DNA of 64,000 nt, from the NCBI GenBank assembly GCA_047495785.1, contig JBLDXI010000029.1, positions 3,410,001 to 3,474,000 on the forward strand, given 5' to 3'. The notes under the pieces are model-generated. The model did not search any database, was not told the DNA's origin, and saw only the letters and a list, made by a program, of their open reading frames with translations. The position numbers were made by a program, and so were the translations under genes. How positions within the stretch are numbered: position 1 is the stretch's first letter; each line of letters begins with the position of its first letter. The DNA is from Lepidodermella squamata. Its lineage: Eukaryota; Animalia; Gastrotricha. Below, piece after piece: positions 60,293-64,000 of this stretch.

Positions 60293-61995
60293 GATGGCTT
60301 TGCGAATTTGAGAGAAATGATGTGAAGAAGGAATTGGAATTTTAACAAATGAATAATACGAAAGTGAGCGCGGGAGCTAGCTGGCTCCTTTGATTGAACA
60401 GGCTTCTCAGCTGACTAATAATTTTAATCGTCGCGAATAAGTTTGAACAGCTGCGTTTATTTTACGTGACAGAATCACGTGGCTTAATGGTTAGGGGAGT
60501 ACGTGATCTTCATGGGACCTATCCAGCCGAGATCACCTCATCAACTCAGTCAGCAATAGCCGATCGACACTCGTCTTGGTCCAGGTACGGTGCCAATCCA
60601 GCTTGCAGTGTCCCACGGTGCGACAGTTAAATTTCGTGCAGAGATTAACACTTGAGTGTTTTTGGTACATTAACATGCCTTACGATGTGATAAAATCATT
60701 CAGATGATAAGTGCACGCCAAAAAGTTCATAAACATTCGCAGCAAATGTGAATTTATTAACGGGTTACTAGGGGGTCTGAATGCTCCAATACCAGCTTTT
60801 ATTGTCCCCAGAAGGTTTAGTTGTTTATGCCGCAGATTGAAGTCTAATGCTGAATGGTTTGACACACAAAAAAGTTTGAAGACCCAAGACACAATTTCCC
60901 GGAGGATTCGGCTTAAGAAGAATCAGAAGTCGAGGCTCAATGCTCATTCAACGTAAAAGTGCTCGTCTTTAGAACTAACTTCTTCAGAAGCATTATTAAG
61001 TCATAATGAATCATACAAGTGAAACCTCAAAATTGATAAAATTCATGAAAAGCGCGTGACCCAATTATAAATATAAAACATGTAAATATCACGCTCAAGA
61101 CCTGTGCATTGTACTCATCTCAAAATCTATCGCAGCTATCCTCGGTTAGAACATTTTCAAGCAATTCACGGCGTATCTCGAAAACTGTCGCAAACAAATC
61201 CAAAAAGCTATTGCGAATCTGCTGCGATGCCGCCTTTCACCACTTTATTTCCACTCAAGGCCACTTTATTTTTCTTCTATCAAATAATACATTCTGTATG
61301 AAATATAGTTCCATGCTTCACGTGCATCTATTGTAATGCGCAGCTGTTCAAAATGCTATTCTGTTTTATGCCGCATTACCGCATATTTGATCTATTAGGG
61401 TTTGATCATGCTTGCCCCGCGCCAATGATGATATACATCTCATCGAAAATTTGCAAAACTATTGCAAGTTGGCTTGAACTTTATCATTCATTGTATTCGT
61501 CAGCATCGCTATCACGTTTAGAGTCATAGTAGCCAATTAGTAGCCAATTATGCCTGTTAACGACAAACGACAACTGAAGTCAGACAGGCACAATTCGGTG
61601 TTTATGGCATAACTCTCGAAACATCGACTCATCAATTACCTATTCTTCAGTGTCAATCCATATCGGGAGAACAAAAAGGAGGTCATTTCTCATTTCATGT
61701 ACCTACTCCCGGATATTACGTGATAACATATCAAAAAGTAGCCCTCTCAAGATTTGTCATAAGAAATCCTCTTGTAATTCCGTAATTAATACATAATCAG
61801 CAATTAATTCATGCCGATGGAATACATTTCTCTTTTTGAGCATGATTTGAGACAATTTTGTAAACCGAGAAAATCCGAGATTTCGAAAGCTAAACTTCGT
61901 ATTTTCTATCACCCTAATTAGGGTCTTTTTCTGGTGCGCGATTCGCAACTTTTATTGTTTCTCATTGCAACTGCTAAATTAAAAATTGAAATGTC

Positions 61996-63635
61996 TTAGC
62001 GCGATTCAAGAATTATTTCAAAGGGGGGCGCTAAATTAATAATTCCAGACAGGTATTCATCGAGATTGATCGGCTTCGAGAGTCTGAAAGAAAACTTTCG
62101 CAAGATGGATACGAAGAACAGGAAATATTCGACCCGAGCTAGCCCTTCGCCCAGGCAGATTCTAGGCCCTGTGCCGAATGGCATGAAATGCGATGAATGA
62201 CCCAGCAATTTGCCGGTGCTTTCATCGATCCAGCGTTCTGGAATAAACGCGTCTGGACTTTGCCAGTATCTCGGGTCGTGATGAACCCCTGCAACGTTGT
62301 AGACGACCGCCGAATTCGGAGGCACGTCATAACCGGCGATTTTGGCGTGGCTGTCGAGGTTTGAGTGGTACAGAGCAAGCGGGGCGATGCTAACCTTACG
62401 CAAAATTTCGCACATTACAGCATCCAGGTAGGGCAAATGAGGCCGATCAGCCACGCTAGGTTGCCTATCAGTGTCGTAGAATTCATCAACGCTGTCGTGA
62501 CATTTCTTCTGGAATTCTGGATAAGTTGACAGGTGAAGAAGGGTCCAACTCAGCGCCGTTGCCGTAGTCTCAGTACCAGCGATAAACATGTCAACCATGA
62601 CGAACGTGAAATCACGAATAGACAACTTTTCGTTCGGATCGTTCTCCATTTGGATGAATAGATCTGGAAAATCGCGTATGTTCTCCGCGTTGTAGTCAGC
62701 CCTGTGGTCTTCGATGGCTTGGATCAGCATCTTCTCAACGTATTCGACTATTTCCAAATGACTAATTGTCTGTGATCGAGATTGGTATTGGAAACCTTTA
62801 AAATGTAAATCATATTACTCATACCTCACGCGGTATTTTAAAATGGGCCAGTATTGGGAAAGCAAAAAACTTTTTCCTCTCGCCGGTAACATTGCGCAGT
62901 GTTGCAGCAATATTGTGTAGCATTTTTTGAAAAACTGGATCACCGTACTCGAATCTGTTCAATAAGGTATTAATAACGCATCCACAGAGGTTCATCAAAG
63001 TAGCAGGTCACCTTTTGCCGAATACAAATTCGCAAATAACATTTGAAACAGCATTAGCGATAAGCTCTCGCGGGTCGAAAGGCTCGGTGGCATGCTTCGA
63101 CATTTCATCTATGAGCTGCTCGACTTCGAACAAAATTTTGCCCACCATCACATCCTTGCCCATTCCTAATAATAAAGAAGCAGTTTGAATTTCGACACCA
63201 TACAAATAATTTTGAATTACCGAAATCTCTCATGGCTTTCAGGCCGAAACGGCGGTGCTTTCGCCATTTATCATTACTGGTCGTGAGAATTCCATTGAGC
63301 AGCGGCCCGTATGACGGCATTTACTCTGTAGCTCTCCCGCTGAAAGTTTTCGACTGGTTTACGATAGCGTCGCGAATCAATTCGACATCGTTGAGAATGA
63401 TAACGCGAAATTGGCCCAAGTAGAACGTGCTTATTGGGCCGTACTGTTCGCCGAGGTCGCGGAAAAATTGCCAGATTTTCTTCGACTTTGGATTAGTCGC
63501 GTCAGGCATAAGCAAAGCATTGCCGAGGAAAGGCGCTGGTGTCGGGCCTGGAGGTAACTTGAACCTCTTGTCCAGAAAATATCGATAAGAGCCGTAAAGT
63601 ACAGCGGCGCTGGGAATTAGTGCCAAATACAGCAT
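61996..63635 (-). CDS. Cytochrome P450, CYP2 clan, multi-exon
   Basis: PPGP hinge, WRKHRR, AGTETT, EILR, PERW and heme motif FGTGPRICLG. Confidence 0.93.
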
Positions 63636-64000
63636 TTTTTTCTTTCAAAATTATAATAGAGGTGGAGTTGTTTTTGCTTGTTCTATAGTAGATGATGTTA
63701 TTGTCAAAAAAACAGGATTTGTTACTGTCAACCTGTCTAAAGCATCCATTTGCATTGACGGCAATTGTCAATACATTTTTTTTACCTGAGCAAAAAAACT
63801 GGGTTTTTTCCTGTTCATGTTTTTTTCATCACGTATTTTGAACATTAGACGAACTACAGGCTTTGTAGCGCCCATTGCATTTACTCGAAAAAAATAACGA
63901 GCAAATAATAAAGAAATTTCATGTTAAAATAGCTGTGCCACCTTGGCCAATATTTAACGCGTAAAGGCACGGTGCATAGTCCAAAGATGAACATAAATTC

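Noticed and set aside
60478-60560. tRNA gene
   Set aside because: A-box-like TGGCTTAATGG is present but there is no B-box or cloverleaf; at most a SINE remnant

Overview
Eukaryotic (invertebrate-like) genomic DNA with ~50-bp GT-AG introns. The main feature is a complete 24,256-bp Polinton/Maverick (adintovirus-like endogenous dsDNA virus) at 5321-29576. It has ~522-bp TIRs beginning AGTAGT and a perfect 6-bp TSD (CTGACA), and it sits inside the last coding exon of a GABA-B-like class C GPCR gene. It encodes a protein-primed PolB (split by a hAT MITE), a PLA2-integrase-chromodomain fusion, a packaging ATPase (in-frame stop), minor and major capsid proteins, a PZ-like protein joined to an adenain-type protease at a candidate -1 frameshift site, a VLTF3-like factor and several zinc-ribbon mini-proteins. 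One of these is a spliced gene inside the TIR. The element also has 55-nt terminal hairpins and a 4.6-kb array of 29-bp repeats next to the left TIR. Host DNA holds two divergent Cys-loop channel genes, a cluster of GABA-B-like GPCR genes and fragments, two PAN/Apple-domain genes, Cys-rich and small secreted proteins, a CYP2-clan P450 and several MITEs. A 3.2-kb TIR element at 45112-48316 carries a spliced RAG1/Transib/Chapaev-like transposase plus a convergent second gene of unknown family. Family assignments come from motif recognition by eye; no searches were run.
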